Shown: positions 46,650-55,552 of the stretch, in pieces
Layout of the letters: the number at the start of each line of letters is the position of its first letter
How positions within the stretch are numbered: position 1 is the stretch's first letter
DNA from: an uncultured Sphingomonadaceae bacterium
Lineage (GTDB): Bacteria > Pseudomonadota > Alphaproteobacteria > Sphingomonadales > Sphingomonadaceae
Length of the DNA stretch: 64,000 nt
Reading direction: 5' to 3'
NCBI GenBank assembly: GCA_947494305.1
Contig: CANLUL010000002.1
Span: 303,727-367,726 of the forward strand
Translations under genes and position numbers: made by a program
Notes under the pieces: model-generated
What the model saw: only the letters and a program-made list of their open reading frames with translations
Told to the model about the DNA's origin: nothing
The model's database searches: none

Positions 46650-47296
46650 TGGTCTACCCCGCGAAAATTCTGTAATCTAGATTTTAGTTTTTTAAGTGGC
46701 GCCCTGATCCGCCCTTTGACTGTCCCGAGAGCAAGACCGGTGCGTTCGGCAATTTCACTGTGAGACAGGCCTTCGAAAAAGGCGAGATGGAGCATTTGTT
46801 TCTGGTCGAGCGGCAATTTGGCCAGTTCAGCTTGAACCGCCTGTGCCGCTTCCGACTGATCCATCGCCGCATCTGCCCCGTCAACGGGCGCGTCAGCCAT
46901 CGTCGCCACAATATCTGGTTCGGTGGGTTGTAGACGATCATGCTTGCGCTTGTGATCGATCCAGCAATTTCGCACCATTCGGAAAAGCCAAGAGGAAAAA
47001 GCGCCTTTGGCTGGATCAAATTGATGGGCTTTGGTCCACACCAGAATGATCACATCCTGCACCACATCTTCCGCAGTAGAAGATTGGGCACCCCGATACA
47101 TCAGCCATGATTTCAATCGCGGCGCATAATGTGAAGCAATATCTCGCAGTGCCAAACGATCCGACGATTGCACAATGCGAGCAATTAAGGCTGCATCAAC
47201 ATTTTTCCGTCCGGGCATTGCTTTTATGGTCGCAGAAACACCCGGTCTATCAAACCGCCCTTCATTCACCATTTCCAACCGCATCTGGTCACGCAT
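46646..47296 (-). CDS. rpoE: ECF sigma factor, RpoE/ChrR type
   Basis: AEDVVQD...VWTKAHQFDPAKG..SSWLFR..RN..ID, region 4 HSEIAERTGLALGTVKGRIR; GGAGA RBS before the ATG at 47296; paired with ChrR. Confidence 0.85.
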   Translation of the reverse strand: MRDQMRLEMVNEGRFDRPGVSATIKAMPGRKNVDAALIARIVQSSDRLALRDIASHYAPRLKSWLMYRGAQSSTAEDVVQDVIILVWTKAHQFDPAKGAFSSWLFRMVRNCWIDHKRKHDRLQPTEPDIVATMADAPVDGADAAMDQSEAAQAVQAELAKLPLDQKQMLHLAFFEGLSHSEIAERTGLALGTVKGRIRAPLKKLKSRLQNFRGVDQ

Positions 47297-47317
47297 TTTT
47301 ATCTCCAATGGTTAAGC

Positions 47318-47343
47318 TACGAACCAGCCATGCTTTTGGATCA
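47318..47343 (-). promoter_or_regulatory. RpoE-type promoter of the rpoE-chrR operon (autoregulation)
   Basis: Minus strand reads TGATCC-AAAAGCATGGCTGGTT-CGTA (16-nt spacer). Confidence 0.75.
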
Positions 47344-47419
47344 ATAAATCTAGGCTTTATATATGTACGAAGGGACCACAGGCAGTGAGCGACCTTTTTT
47401 CCCCATAATTCAAAAAAAT

Positions 47420-47445
47420 TGATCCAGTTATCGATGCCGTTCGTA
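47420..47445 (+). promoter_or_regulatory. RpoE-type promoter of the fasciclin gene
   Basis: TGATCC-AGTTATCGATGCCGTT-CGTA (16-nt spacer). Confidence 0.75.
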
Positions 47446-47485
47446 GTGAAGGTACAAGTTCCCCAACTGATCAAAAGGATTGAAC

Positions 47486-48013
47486 ATGAGCATTACCAAA
47501 ACCCTAGCCAGCGCGACATCTGCAATGGTACTTTCCGTTGCTGTATTTTCTATTGCAGTCATACCGGCGAACCCGGTTATGGCTGGCGATCATGCCCAGA
47601 AAGCTAAAGCCGATATCGTCGATACAGCTGTTGCAGCTGGCACGTTCAATACGCTCGTAGCCGCTGTCCAAGCCGCCGGGCTTGAAGCGACTTTGCGTAG
47701 TGATGGACCGTTTACCGTGTTCGCACCAAGCGATGATGCCTTTGCAAAGCTTCCAGCTGGCACGGTTGAAACGCTGTTGAAGCCGGAAAATAAAGATCAA
47801 CTGGTATCAATTCTAACCTACCATGTTTTGCCAGGAAAAGTTTATTCCAAGAGCCTTGCTGGAAAGCAGATCGATGCCAAGACGGTTCAAGGCACGACTG
47901 TTGCGGTCAATGGTACTGATGGAGTGAAAGTGGACAATGCAACCGTCGTTGCCGCTGATATCAAGACATCAAATGGCGTGATTCACGTAATTGACTCGGT
48001 TTTGATGCCCTAA
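47486..48013 (+). CDS. Secreted single-domain fasciclin (FAS1) protein
   Basis: Signal peptide, [51 protein letters not shown]. Confidence 0.93.
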   Translation: MSITKTLASATSAMVLSVAVFSIAVIPANPVMAGDHAQKAKADIVDTAVAAGTFNTLVAAVQAAGLEATLRSDGPFTVFAPSDDAFAKLPAGTVETLLKPENKDQLVSILTYHVLPGKVYSKSLAGKQIDAKTVQGTTVAVNGTDGVKVDNATVVAADIKTSNGVIHVIDSVLMP

Positions 48014-48025
48014 CTCTCTTCCCTT

Positions 48026-48103
48026 TCGAACATTCTCTTCCTCCCTCCTCCCAAGGATGTTCGACATTGCGCCGCTGCCGATTTTTCGGTGGCGGCGTTT
48101 TTT
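48026..48103 (+). ncRNA. Candidate 3'-UTR small RNA with CCUCCUCCC loop, followed by an intrinsic terminator
   Basis: 11-bp stem 48026-36 / 48054-64 encloses the loop CTTCCTCCCTCCTCCCA. Then terminator stem CGCCGCTGCCGA / TCGGTGGCGGCG and T6. Confidence 0.45.
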
Positions 48104-48228
48104 GTTCAGGGTTGGGAAATTTTCAGGCAGGCAATAGATGATTTCGATCAAGGCGTATAATTGTTGACAAATATACTCTGAAACTATGTTTCGGCGTCAA
48201 CAAAGCGATTACTCGGGGACAAAATCAC

Positions 48229-49827
48229 ATGGTTAGTGCAAGCGAGCAGCAATCGACCGGCATATTTGGCTGGATTGAACGGACCGGCAATAAGCTGCCC
48301 GATCCGGTTTTCCTATTTTTCTATCTGATATTGTTCGTCGTTGTATTGTCGGTGGTTGCCGATCTGCTGGGCTGGTCCGCGGTGCATCCGATTGAAGTTG
48401 ATCCGGACAGCGGCAGCAATGTTGTGATTGCGGCAACCAGTCTGCTTAGTGCTGATAATATTCAGCGGCTCTGGGTGGATATGCCCAAGACGTTTACGCA
48501 TTTTCATCCGCTCGGCTATGTGCTGGTTGTGATGCTGGGTGCAGGCGTTGCCGAACGCTCCGGCCTTTTCGGAACGGCTATGCGTGCGGGTGTGCGGGGT
48601 GCTCCGACCTTCCTGCTGACGCCGATTGTGGCGCTGGTTGCGATGCTGGGTAATCTTGCGGCGGATGCAGCCTATGTGGTGCTAATCCCGTTAGCGGGCG
48701 TTATCTTTGCGGCGGCAGGCCGTCATCCCATCGCCGGGATCGCAGCAGCCTTTGCCGGTGTCTCGGGCGGTTTCTCGGCCAATCTTTTCCCGGGGCAACT
48801 CGACGCTTTGCTGTTCGGTATTACGCAAGCGGCGGCAGAAACCGTGTTCCCTGGATGGGAAGCCAATATTGCCGGCAACTGGTATTTCATCTTTGTGATG
48901 ACCTTCGTTTTTCTGCCGGTTATCTGGTATGTAACGGATCGTATTATCGAACCGCGCATGGGGCACTATTCCGGTTCATTAAACCCCAGTGAAAATGCTT
49001 CCGACGATGCTGTGTCGGTGGATGATGATACACAAGACCGTCCTTTGACCGAAGGCGAGAAGCGAGGCTTGCGCTATGCCGGACTAGCTCTGCTTGGCGT
49101 AATGGCTCTCTGGTTGTTAATGCTATTTGGTCCGGGCACCGCGCTGATCGATGAAAGTGCGGCGCCAGAGGCGCAGCTTACGCCTTTTTACCGCTCGCTT
49201 GTTGCCGGTTTTTTCCTGCTCTTCCTGCTTGCCGGTTGGGCTTATGGCAAGGGTGTCGGCAACATAAAGACCCATCGCGATCTGGTGAAGATGATGAGCG
49301 ACAGCATGGTCGATATGGCTTACTTCCTCGTGCTGGCCTTCATGGTTGCCCATTTTGTCGCAATGTTCAGCTGGTCAAATCTCGGATTGATCACCGCTGT
49401 CCATGGTGCAGAGACGCTAAAAAGTATGAACTTACCCGCACCGATTTTGCTCGGCTTGGTTGTCATTTTTGTCGGTGTCATGAACCTCTTTGTCGGATCG
49501 GCAAGCGCCAAATGGGCATTGCTGGCTCCGATCCTGGTGCCCATGCTGATGCTATTGGGGGTTAGCGCCGAAACGACAACTGCGGCCTATCGCGTGGGTG
49601 ATAGCGCGACCAATATCATCACTCCGCTTATGGTCTATTTCCCGCTGATTCTGATATTCTGTCAGCGCTGGAACAAGGATTTTGGTATCGGCAATCTGAC
49701 CGCGATGATGCTGCCTTATGCGTTGTGGTTGCTGGGTGCCGGATTGGTGCTGATCATGGTCTGGGTTGGCCTGGAAATTCCTCTGGGACCAAATGCACCG
49801 GTCTTCGCACCTCCGCCAACCAGTTAA
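48229..49827 (+). CDS. AbgT-family transporter
   Basis: WIERTGNKLPDP, GVAERSG, GRHPIAG.AAAFAGVSGGFSAN, SASAKW, YRVGDSATN.ITP. Confidence 0.92.
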   Translation: MVSASEQQSTGIFGWIERTGNKLPDPVFLFFYLILFVVVLSVVADLLGWSAVHPIEVDPDSGSNVVIAATSLLSADNIQRLWVDMPKTFTHFHPLGYVLVVMLGAGVAERSGLFGTAMRAGVRGAPTFLLTPIVALVAMLGNLAADAAYVVLIPLAGVIFAAAGRHPIAGIAAAFAGVSGGFSANLFPGQLDALLFGITQAAAETVFPGWEANIAGNWYFIFVMTFVFLPVIWYVTDRIIEPRMGHYSGSLNPSENASDDAVSVDDDTQDRPLTEGEKRGLRYAGLALLGVMALWLLMLFGPGTALIDESAAPEAQLTPFYRSLVAGFFLLFLLAGWAYGKGVGNIKTHRDLVKMMSDSMVDMAYFLVLAFMVAHFVAMFSWSNLGLITAVHGAETLKSMNLPAPILLGLVVIFVGVMNLFVGSASAKWALLAPILVPMLMLLGVSAETTTAAYRVGDSATNIITPLMVYFPLILIFCQRWNKDFGIGNLTAMMLPYALWLLGAGLVLIMVWVGLEIPLGPNAPVFAPPPTS

Positions 49828-49902
49828 ACAGGACTATCTTTGATGGACATTGCCGACCCGCTCTGAAACAAGGCGCATCAATGTTCAATTAAAGGATGGC
49901 AC

Positions 49903-50679
49903 ATGAAAAACCTGTTTGATGTAAGCGGAAAAGTAGCGGTTGTAACCGGAGGTTCCAGCGGGATTGGCGCCATGATGGCGCGCGGCCTTTTGGAAAATGG
50001 TGCGAAAGTTTACATCACAGCGCGTAAGGAAGAACGGCTGAATGCGATGGCGCAGGAGCTGTCCCAATATGGCGAATGCATTCCGATCGCTGCCGATATG
50101 TCCAGCGTTGAGGATATTGAAGCGTTTGTTGCGGCGGTAAGTGCGAAGGAGGACAAGCTTGATATCCTGATCAACAATGCTGGCGCCAACTGGGCGGCTC
50201 CGATCGATCAGTTCCCCGAAGGCGGTTGGGACAAGGTGATGGATATCAATATCAAATCGATTTTCTTCACCACACAGAAATTTATTCCCCTGATGAAGGC
50301 TGCTGCCACTGCCGATAATCCGGCGCGGGTGATCAATATCGCTTCGATCAACGGTATCCGCAATTCGGGTATGCCAACCTATGCCTATTCAGCGAGTAAA
50401 TCCGCGGTCATCCATCTGACTACGCATTTGGCAACGGATATGGCGCACTGGAATATCAATGTGAACGCGATTGCGCCGGGCTTCTTCCCCAGCAATATGA
50501 CCAAGCAGATTGTCGAGAATGAAGCGATGACGAAAGCAGCGCTTGCGCAAATCCCGCGTGGCCGTGCAGGTAAGCCGGAAGATATTGCGGGAACTGCGCT
50601 CTATCTTTGCTCAGAGGCGTCATCCTGGTTGATTGGTCAAACGATCCCGCTTGATGGTGGCATGATTTCAAAGGCGTAG
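49903..50679 (+). CDS. Short-chain dehydrogenase/reductase
   Basis: TGGSSGIG, NNAG, YSASK, VNAIAPG. Confidence 0.92.
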   Translation: MKNLFDVSGKVAVVTGGSSGIGAMMARGLLENGAKVYITARKEERLNAMAQELSQYGECIPIAADMSSVEDIEAFVAAVSAKEDKLDILINNAGANWAAPIDQFPEGGWDKVMDINIKSIFFTTQKFIPLMKAAATADNPARVINIASINGIRNSGMPTYAYSASKSAVIHLTTHLATDMAHWNINVNAIAPGFFPSNMTKQIVENEAMTKAALAQIPRGRAGKPEDIAGTALYLCSEASSWLIGQTIPLDGGMISKA

Positions 50680-50682
50680 ACG

Positions 50683-51456
50683 ATGGAACTGAAACTCGAA
50701 GGCAAAACCGTTCTTGTCACAGCGGGTAGCAAGGGCATCGGTCTGGCCACGGCGCTGGGCTATCACCAATGCGGTGCCGAGGTCGCGATCTGTGGACGGT
50801 CGCAGGAAAACCTGGATGCAGCCGCTGCGCAAATGCCAGGCTGTGTTGTCTTGCAGGCCGATGTTTCCAATGCGGCAGATGTTGAGCAACTGGTCGCCGC
50901 TGTGAACGAGAAATTTGGCGGCATCGATATTCTGGTGAACAACGCCGGTGGGCCGCCACCGGGCCTGTTTGAACAGCTTGCAGACGAGGATTGGGAAAAG
51001 GCGGTTCAGCTGACTTTGATGTCGGTGGTCCGGCTGACGCGACTGGTTTTGCCGCATATGCGAACACAAAAATGGGGACGAATCATCAACATATCCTCAT
51101 CCGGAGTCCGGCAGCCGGTACCCGCACTGACGCTCTCCAACAGCATCCGCATGGGTGTCTTGGGTTGGGCCAAGACGCTGGCCAATCAGGTTGCTGGCGA
51201 CAATATCCTGGTCAATACTGTCTGTCCCGGTTTCACCGATACCGACCGGATCAAGGAAATTCTCGCCAACCAATCCGCGGCAACGGGTAAATCGGTTGAA
51301 GAAATTGCTGCTGGCATGGCCGCACAGATTCCGGTTGGCAGGATTGGTGAAGCACGCGAAATTGGTGAAGTTGCCGTCTTCCTGGGCTCGCAAGCGGCAA
51401 GCTTCATCACCGGACAAGCCATCACTGTCGATGGCGGTGCGGCGCAGCATTACTAA
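50683..51456 (+). CDS. Short-chain dehydrogenase/reductase (SNxxR subtype)
   Basis: TAGSKGIG, NNAGGPPPG, LSNSIR in place of YxxxK, VN.VCPG.TDTDR. Confidence 0.85.
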   Translation: MELKLEGKTVLVTAGSKGIGLATALGYHQCGAEVAICGRSQENLDAAAAQMPGCVVLQADVSNAADVEQLVAAVNEKFGGIDILVNNAGGPPPGLFEQLADEDWEKAVQLTLMSVVRLTRLVLPHMRTQKWGRIINISSSGVRQPVPALTLSNSIRMGVLGWAKTLANQVAGDNILVNTVCPGFTDTDRIKEILANQSAATGKSVEEIAAGMAAQIPVGRIGEAREIGEVAVFLGSQAASFITGQAITVDGGAAQHY

Positions 51457-52445
51457 CGCAGCAATCCCAACGCCTGATACGTAGCATCCACCGTCGGTTG
51501 AGCCAGTTCTCTTGCCCGGACCGATCCGTCGATCAAAATTGTATCGATAGCATCATTATCTTTGCGTAGTGCCTCAAAGCGATCACGGATCGGGGAAAGC
51601 TTGCTGACCGTCAAATCGGCAAGAGCGGGTTTAAAATCACCAAAACCTTTGCCTGAAAATTCGGACAACACTGCTTGTTGATCCACATCCGCCAGAGCCG
51701 CATAAATCCCGATCAGGTTTTGCGCTTCCGCCCGGCCTACCAGCTCTTCCAGTTTCTCGGGTAGGGGCTCCGCATCGGTTTTCGCTTTTTTGACCTTCTT
51801 CGCAATGGTGTCATCATCATCGGTCATATTGATGCGTGACAAATCGGACGGATCCGACTTGCTCATTTTCGCATTGCCATCGCGCAACGACATGATCCGG
51901 GCAGCCGTTTTGCCAATAAATGGTTCGGGCAAAGTAAACACGTCTTGTCCCGTGTCATTGTTGAACTTTGTCGCAATATCACGGGCCAGTTCCAGATGCT
52001 GCTTCTGGTCTTCGCCAACGGGAACATGGGTGGCCTGATAGATGAGCACGTCGGCGGCCTGCAAAACAGGATAGCCATAAAGGCCCAGCGAGGAGCGCTG
52101 TTTGTGCTTACCTGATTTCTCCTTGAACTGGGTCATCCGATCGAGCCATCCCATCGGCGTATTGCAGATCAACATCCAGGCCAACTCGGCATGGCCGGGT
52201 ACGCGCGCCTGATTGAACAGAATGGACTTATCGGTATCGACCCCCGCAGCGACCAGTGCCGCCACCATTTCGCGGCAATTGGCGCTGAGTTCCGCAGGAT
52301 CGTTTTGGACAGTAATGGCGTGCAGATCGGCGAGGAAGAACAGGCATTCCATTTCGTCCTGCATCTTTACCCAGTTTTTGATTGCGCCCAGATAGTTTCC
52401 GAGATGGAGGTTACCGGTCGGCTGAATGCCCGATACTGTACGCAT
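51453..52445 (-). CDS. trpS: Tryptophan--tRNA ligase
   Basis: SGIQPTGNLHLGNYLGA, YPVLQAAD, VPVGEDQ.QHLE, KMSKS. Confidence 0.97.
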   Translation of the reverse strand: MRTVSGIQPTGNLHLGNYLGAIKNWVKMQDEMECLFFLADLHAITVQNDPAELSANCREMVAALVAAGVDTDKSILFNQARVPGHAELAWMLICNTPMGWLDRMTQFKEKSGKHKQRSSLGLYGYPVLQAADVLIYQATHVPVGEDQKQHLELARDIATKFNNDTGQDVFTLPEPFIGKTAARIMSLRDGNAKMSKSDPSDLSRINMTDDDDTIAKKVKKAKTDAEPLPEKLEELVGRAEAQNLIGIYAALADVDQQAVLSEFSGKGFGDFKPALADLTVSKLSPIRDRFEALRKDNDAIDTILIDGSVRARELAQPTVDATYQALGLLR

Positions 52446-52448
52446 ATC

Positions 52449-54038
52449 CTATTGTCCTTCTTGAGCAGATTCTTCTGCCGCCTTCTTCTTGGTCAACATG
52501 GTGATCTTGTCGCGGTCTATAGCCCCTGTCATCCATGCGAGCGCCGCATAGACTAGACCGCCGACGCTGACCAGAGCCGTAATGGATCCGACGCGTTCCC
52601 CGATACTACCATCGTAAAGACCTTCGCCAATCGGCGCCGCAAAATAGAGTGCTGCTGCCATGCCCATAGCGGACAAGGTGATCTTTGTGATCCGGCCGAG
52701 TAGCGACAGTTCCAGATGGAAATGCCCGCGCCGGTGCAGCATAGTGTACAGCATCGCACAATTGCACCAGGCCGCCAGCGCCCCCGCCAAAGCGACTCCA
52801 ACGATTCCGTAGATCGGGATTAGAACAAGATTCAAAGCAATATTGATGAGCAGGGAAATACCTGCAGTATAAACCGGTGTTTTGGTATCCTTGCGTGCAA
52901 AAAAGCCGGGGATCAGAACTTTCACCAGCACATAGGCAGGCAAACCGACGACCAAAGCCGCAACTACTGCCGAGGTGGTTTGGCCATGCTCGGCTGTGAA
53001 ATTGCCGCCAACATAGAATGATGAAACTAGGGGGCCAGCTGCGACAAACAATGCGATGGCGGCCGGGATGGTGAGGAGCATGCCCAGCTCAATGGCGTTG
53101 GATTGAATCCGCTGCGCCCCGCCATGATCATCTTTGGCTATGAAGCGGGAAAGCGCGGGCAATATGGCAGTACCCAATGCAATCCCGATAATGCCCAGCG
53201 GCAGTTGATTCAGCCGGTCAGCAAAGGCCATGAAGGCAAAACTACCCTCGGGAAGACGCCCTAGAAAGAATAGATCAATGAAGCGGCTGATTTGATAGAT
53301 GCCCGCGCCGAATACGGCAGGCAGTATCAATATACCCAATTCCTTCACATCCGGCGTGAATTTGGGTTTGCGAATGGGGAAACGGAAACCCGCCTTGCGT
53401 GCCCAATAATAGAGCCATAACATTTGCAACAGCCCCGCCGTTGCTGTGGCTATGGCGAGGAAATAGGCGGTTTGTCTTGGATCTTCGCCATTGTTGAGAA
53501 ATGCCGCAATCAGCATCGCGGTGATCAGACAGATATTGAGCAATATCGGAGCCGCTGCCGCTGCGGCAAAGCGGCTGAGGCTGTTCAATATCGCTGCGAA
53601 CAGTGTGGTGAGGCTGATGAGTGCCAGATAAGGAAAGGCAATGCGCGCCAGAGAGACGGTAAAATCATTGGTGCGTCCACCCTCACCAAAATCATCAATC
53701 AACCAGATAATCCCCGGCATGATCAACATCATGATCGCCGAGAAAATCAGCAATATCGGGACGAAGACCGACAGCACGTCAATGGCAAAATTCTGCGCCG
53801 CTGTGCGCTGTTCATCTTCTTCCATCTTGCGATTGAACAGGGGAACAAAGGCCGCAGAAAAGGCGCCTTCGGCAAATAGCCGCCGGAAAATATTGGGGAG
53901 CTGAAACGCCAGTTGCCAGGCATCGGCCGCCGCGCCAGCACCTAGAATGCGGGCCAGCAAGATGTCGCGCGCAAATCCGAATATCCGGCTGACCATGGTC
54001 AACCCGGCAATGGTTCCAGTGGATTTGAGCAGGTTCAT
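52449..54038 (-). CDS. murJ: Lipid II flippase MurJ (MviN)
   Basis: SRIFGFARD, PNIFRRLFAEGAFSAAFVP, DRLNQLPLG, FFARKDTKTP. Confidence 0.96.
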   Translation of the reverse strand: MNLLKSTGTIAGLTMVSRIFGFARDILLARILGAGAAADAWQLAFQLPNIFRRLFAEGAFSAAFVPLFNRKMEEDEQRTAAQNFAIDVLSVFVPILLIFSAIMMLIMPGIIWLIDDFGEGGRTNDFTVSLARIAFPYLALISLTTLFAAILNSLSRFAAAAAAPILLNICLITAMLIAAFLNNGEDPRQTAYFLAIATATAGLLQMLWLYYWARKAGFRFPIRKPKFTPDVKELGILILPAVFGAGIYQISRFIDLFFLGRLPEGSFAFMAFADRLNQLPLGIIGIALGTAILPALSRFIAKDDHGGAQRIQSNAIELGMLLTIPAAIALFVAAGPLVSSFYVGGNFTAEHGQTTSAVVAALVVGLPAYVLVKVLIPGFFARKDTKTPVYTAGISLLINIALNLVLIPIYGIVGVALAGALAAWCNCAMLYTMLHRRGHFHLELSLLGRITKITLSAMGMAAALYFAAPIGEGLYDGSIGERVGSITALVSVGGLVYAALAWMTGAIDRDKITMLTKKKAAEESAQEGQ

Positions 54039-54061
54039 ACCCGCTTCCCTAGCAGGAAGGT

Positions 54062-54580
54062 TTAGGCGTTACCAACCGGTTGCTCGCCTTCGCCTTGTCC
54101 GGCGGCTTGCGCTTCACGTTGCTGCATATAGAGCGCTGTAAAGTCGATGGGTTCAAGCATCAGCGGTTGGAATCCAGCATCGCGAACGGCATCGGAAATA
54201 ATCGCGCGTGCAAATGGGAATAACAACCGCGGTGCTTCTGCAAAAAGAAACGGATGTGCTTGCTCATCAGAGACATTGCGCAGACCGAACAATCCGCAAT
54301 ATAGAAGCTCAACACCAAAGGCGACGCCCTGATCGGCTTTGGCTGTCACTTCAATTTTAAGTTCGACTTCATTCACTTCATCGGAAACTTTATAAGATCC
54401 GATGTTGAACTGAACGTCGATTTGCGGTTGCCCTTCCCACTGATAAACGTCCGGGGCGTTGGGATTTTCAACCGACAAATCCTTCACATATTGTTGAATC
54501 ACACCAATTTGCGGTTGATTGTCGGCGCCATTGGCCATTGCCTCTGGAGTGGTTACGTTGCCATTTTCTTCTTCTGCCAT
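54062..54580 (-). CDS. secB: Protein-export chaperone SecB
   Basis: QYVKDLSVENPNAP, EAPRLLFPFAR, GFQPLMLEPIDF..LY. Confidence 0.96.
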   Translation of the reverse strand: MAEEENGNVTTPEAMANGADNQPQIGVIQQYVKDLSVENPNAPDVYQWEGQPQIDVQFNIGSYKVSDEVNEVELKIEVTAKADQGVAFGVELLYCGLFGLRNVSDEQAHPFLFAEAPRLLFPFARAIISDAVRDAGFQPLMLEPIDFTALYMQQREAQAAGQGEGEQPVGNA

Positions 54581-54843
54581 CTGGCTTGCCCTTTCGGAAT
54601 ATCATCAATTACGTCATTTGGCGCATATTGCCGCGCTGTTCGAAGCGCGCCTAGCAGGGGATTTCCGGAGGTGCAATGGCTGTTGAACATGGCGATATCA
54701 GTGCCTTGCTAAGCATCGGTTCACAATTTCCCGGCTAAAGATTGGGGCAAATGGCGAGAATTTACCGATAGGAAGCGTAAACGCATTTGAAACTGGCGCG
54801 TTTCCGTCCTATGTCAGAAGAAAGAAAGAAGATTGGATATATT

Positions 54844-55509
54844 GTGACGATCGAAATTATACTGTTGGCGATGGTAGCGGCTTTTCTAGGTTTGCGCCTT
54901 TATTCAGTTCTCGGCAAACGTACCGGGCATGAACAGGAGCATATGCCGCGGAAAATTGAACCCCGCGCGCGTGACATGCAACAGCCTGATGAACAGCAGC
55001 CGCATGTTCCGGACATCAAGCCTGCCACTCCTGCCAAACCCACGATGGTGTACGATGAAGCAGCTGAACCGGGAATGCGGGCAATTTTGAGTGCCGATCG
55101 TAATTTTGACGTGGCCCGTTTTGTTGAAGGATCGAAAGCAGCCTATGGCATGATCCTGGAAGCGTTCTGGAAAGGTGATCGCGAAGAACTGGAATCTCTA
55201 TGTGATGATGACGTCTATGAGAGCTTTGTTGGCGCAATAGATGATCGGGAAGAAAAAGGCGAAGTCCTAGAAAACCAATTGGTCCGAATCGAAAACGCAC
55301 GGATTTCCGGAGCGGAACTCGATGGCCGTGTCGCCAGTATCACTGTTTTGTTTGATTCTGATATTGCTGCGGTGGTCAGAGACAAAGACGGGAATTTAAT
55401 TGGCGGTTCTATGTCAGATGCGGTCGAAACCCACGATATCTGGACCTTCAGCCGTGACCTTTCCAGCGCCGATCCAAACTGGTTGCTTGACGAGACCGAT
55501 GAGGCATAG
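54844..55509 (+). CDS. Tim44/TimA-domain membrane adaptor protein
   Basis: FLGLRLYSVLG.RTG.E, F..G...AY.MI.EAF..GD, DIWTFSR....DPNW.L; GTG start assumed. Confidence 0.88.
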   Translation: MTIEIILLAMVAAFLGLRLYSVLGKRTGHEQEHMPRKIEPRARDMQQPDEQQPHVPDIKPATPAKPTMVYDEAAEPGMRAILSADRNFDVARFVEGSKAAYGMILEAFWKGDREELESLCDDDVYESFVGAIDDREEKGEVLENQLVRIENARISGAELDGRVASITVLFDSDIAAVVRDKDGNLIGGSMSDAVETHDIWTFSRDLSSADPNWLLDETDEA

Positions 55510-55552
55510 GTCCCGTAAGGGGCAGATCAAACATTCGGGCTGGGGCAACATC

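Noticed and set aside
48138-48151. FNR/FixK-like box (ATGAT-N4-ATCAA) upstream of abgT
   Set aside because: One mismatch at a key base and no supporting anaerobic context; could be chance.
50683-51456. SDR lacking YxxxK: inactive?
   Set aside because: SNxxR at this position defines a common atypical SDR subgroup and is not a lesion.
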